NCBI GenBank assembly: GCA_010093705.1
Contig: MU006090.1
Location: forward strand, 1,763,817-1,827,816
Length of the DNA: 64,000 nt
From: Patellaria atrata CBS 101060
Lineage: Eukaryota
Direction of reading: 5' to 3'
The position numbers and the translations under genes were made by a program. This document shows positions 62,460 through 64,000 of this stretch, piece by piece. The notes beneath the pieces are model-generated. The model saw nothing but the letters and a program-made list of their open reading frames with translations, had not been told where the DNA came from and did no database searches. Each line of letters begins with the position of its first letter. The first letter of the stretch is position 1.

Positions 62460-64000
62460 ATTTGTCTGAAAACGATGGTCGAGTCTGCTTTGATTCGCGG
62501 GGACACAGCGGAGTATTTTGTAACAAAGGGGTAGAAATCAAAGTCGGCGCATAGCCAAAACAGATGACCGAGAGGGGAGGGGGAGGGAAGTGGTTATGTA
62601 GTCAGAGGTGTCCAGAGAGGTCCACCAAGGTTTCTAAGCAGTCTATGGCCCACTTCGACATGAGATATACGCAAAATAGGATCGTGCATCTTCAAGTTGG
62701 ATCACAATCGTTGCAATTGTGGGGTTTAGAACGGATGGACCCTAGAATAACGTGAACTGCTCCCCGGATTGACGGAGCAAGATCGATGTTTAGAGCAAGT
62801 CGAGCAACTAGACACGAGCTAGCCTTCGCCTTCAACAGTTCTTGGACTCTTGAACCAGGACATTATTCGGTGATTCCGGGAGACATCGGGAATAGTCCGA
62901 AGGACCGTTACCGCTGTCGTTTAGATACTGGTGTGTCAATACTTCAGCAGCTGTGAGTGTAATCTTCTCTCTGTGTAGAACCAGCGTCCTATCAATATTC
63001 CTGTAAATAGTCTATAATCTCCATGATACAAATTTTTGTAAAACTCTAGCATCTGAAGTTCAGCCTCAGATCGCTTCAAAATATCGAGTCGCGCTTGTCT
63101 TAACCTCATGCTTCAAGTCTTCAACGCCTCGAATCATGCACATGCATCGTAATGCGTCCCTTGGTCCCTCGATGGAGGATAGCTTAAAACTCAGGTGAGA
63201 AGTATGAAGGGCGGAATATCGAGTCATGAGAAGTGCTGTAAGCACGCAAGATCTTGAAATGATTGGCTTAAAGCAGGATGAAGCCCAAGGAAAATCAAGA
63301 CGGGGCGGAATTCTTCGCTACGCCCCTTGGCGGGTAAAGGTTTCCAAACTATGCTCTGGGCGCCGCCAAAGGACAACCGGAATTGCCGTATGCGGTTGAA
63401 ACCTTTCATATGATCATCGTTGTGATCAAGCATATGCTTCCTGCCCTGAAGCAAGCACGTTGCAACTGTGACGAACGTGTTTGAGCCAGGGTGAAGTTTA
63501 TCTCAACCTCCCGGAAGATGCTGATTGTTGTTGCCATGACGGCAACAGAACTACGCCTCCATGATGGCAAACTATCTCAGTCTCCTCTGTTTTGCTTACT
63601 GTAGAATCTATTCAAGGTAAAGTTATAGTCAGCCTAGACGAACTCGTATCATAAGGAGCCAAGTTGATACTGAGGCCTACTTCGACAAAACTTGCAAAAC
63701 CGGGGCATGGGCAAACTATATCTCGCTTACCCCAAACTTCGATCCAAAGGATCAGCAGTGGGGTAGTCTCGCCAAATAACGATATAGGATAGCGTGATGC
63801 ACTCACTACTAGGACGACAATGCAGATCATGTCTCCAGGGGACCATCATACTGGCGTCAGATGTTGAATTGAAATTCTTGTTCTATGAACCATGGCCTCT
63901 TCTGGACACTCACCAGGAGTACTGAGAGGCACATGATTTCGGATGGTTGAATAACGATTATACCGATATGAGAGGGAGTACCATAACTAGCTTCGTCCAC

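Overview
Eukaryotic, intron-containing DNA from a filamentous ascomycete (Pezizomycotina; short GT-AG introns with CTRAC branch points). It holds 22 mostly housekeeping protein genes: a TPR-SET protein, a small Zn2Cys6 factor, TRAPPC11, RXT2, mitochondrial ProRS, MRPL11, a Mep/Amt ammonium permease, CUS2/Tat-SF1, the SSK2 MAPKKK, a URA1-like flavoenzyme, a GIY-YIG-like protein, a Ser/Thr-rich membrane protein, GIR2, ACL4, a large disordered protein, phenol monooxygenase, an SDR, a CLC channel, ethanolamine kinase and FarB/CTF1beta. No intact transposon, rRNA or canonical tRNA was seen. The most notable unexplained signals are: (1) two ~200-nt minus-strand RNA polymerase III-like, structured non-tRNA elements, 41 kb apart, each between convergent genes and sharing a 3' hairpin motif; (2) a ~250-aa insertion with three copies of a short motif inside the URA1-like enzyme; (3) a disordered protein with both an eIF4E-binding-like motif and a PAM2-like motif; (4) a long, highly structured last intron in the splicing factor CUS2; (5) a tail-anchored GIY-YIG-like protein. 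Gene identities come from recognised motifs and RNA folds were paired by eye; no searches or folding programs were run.
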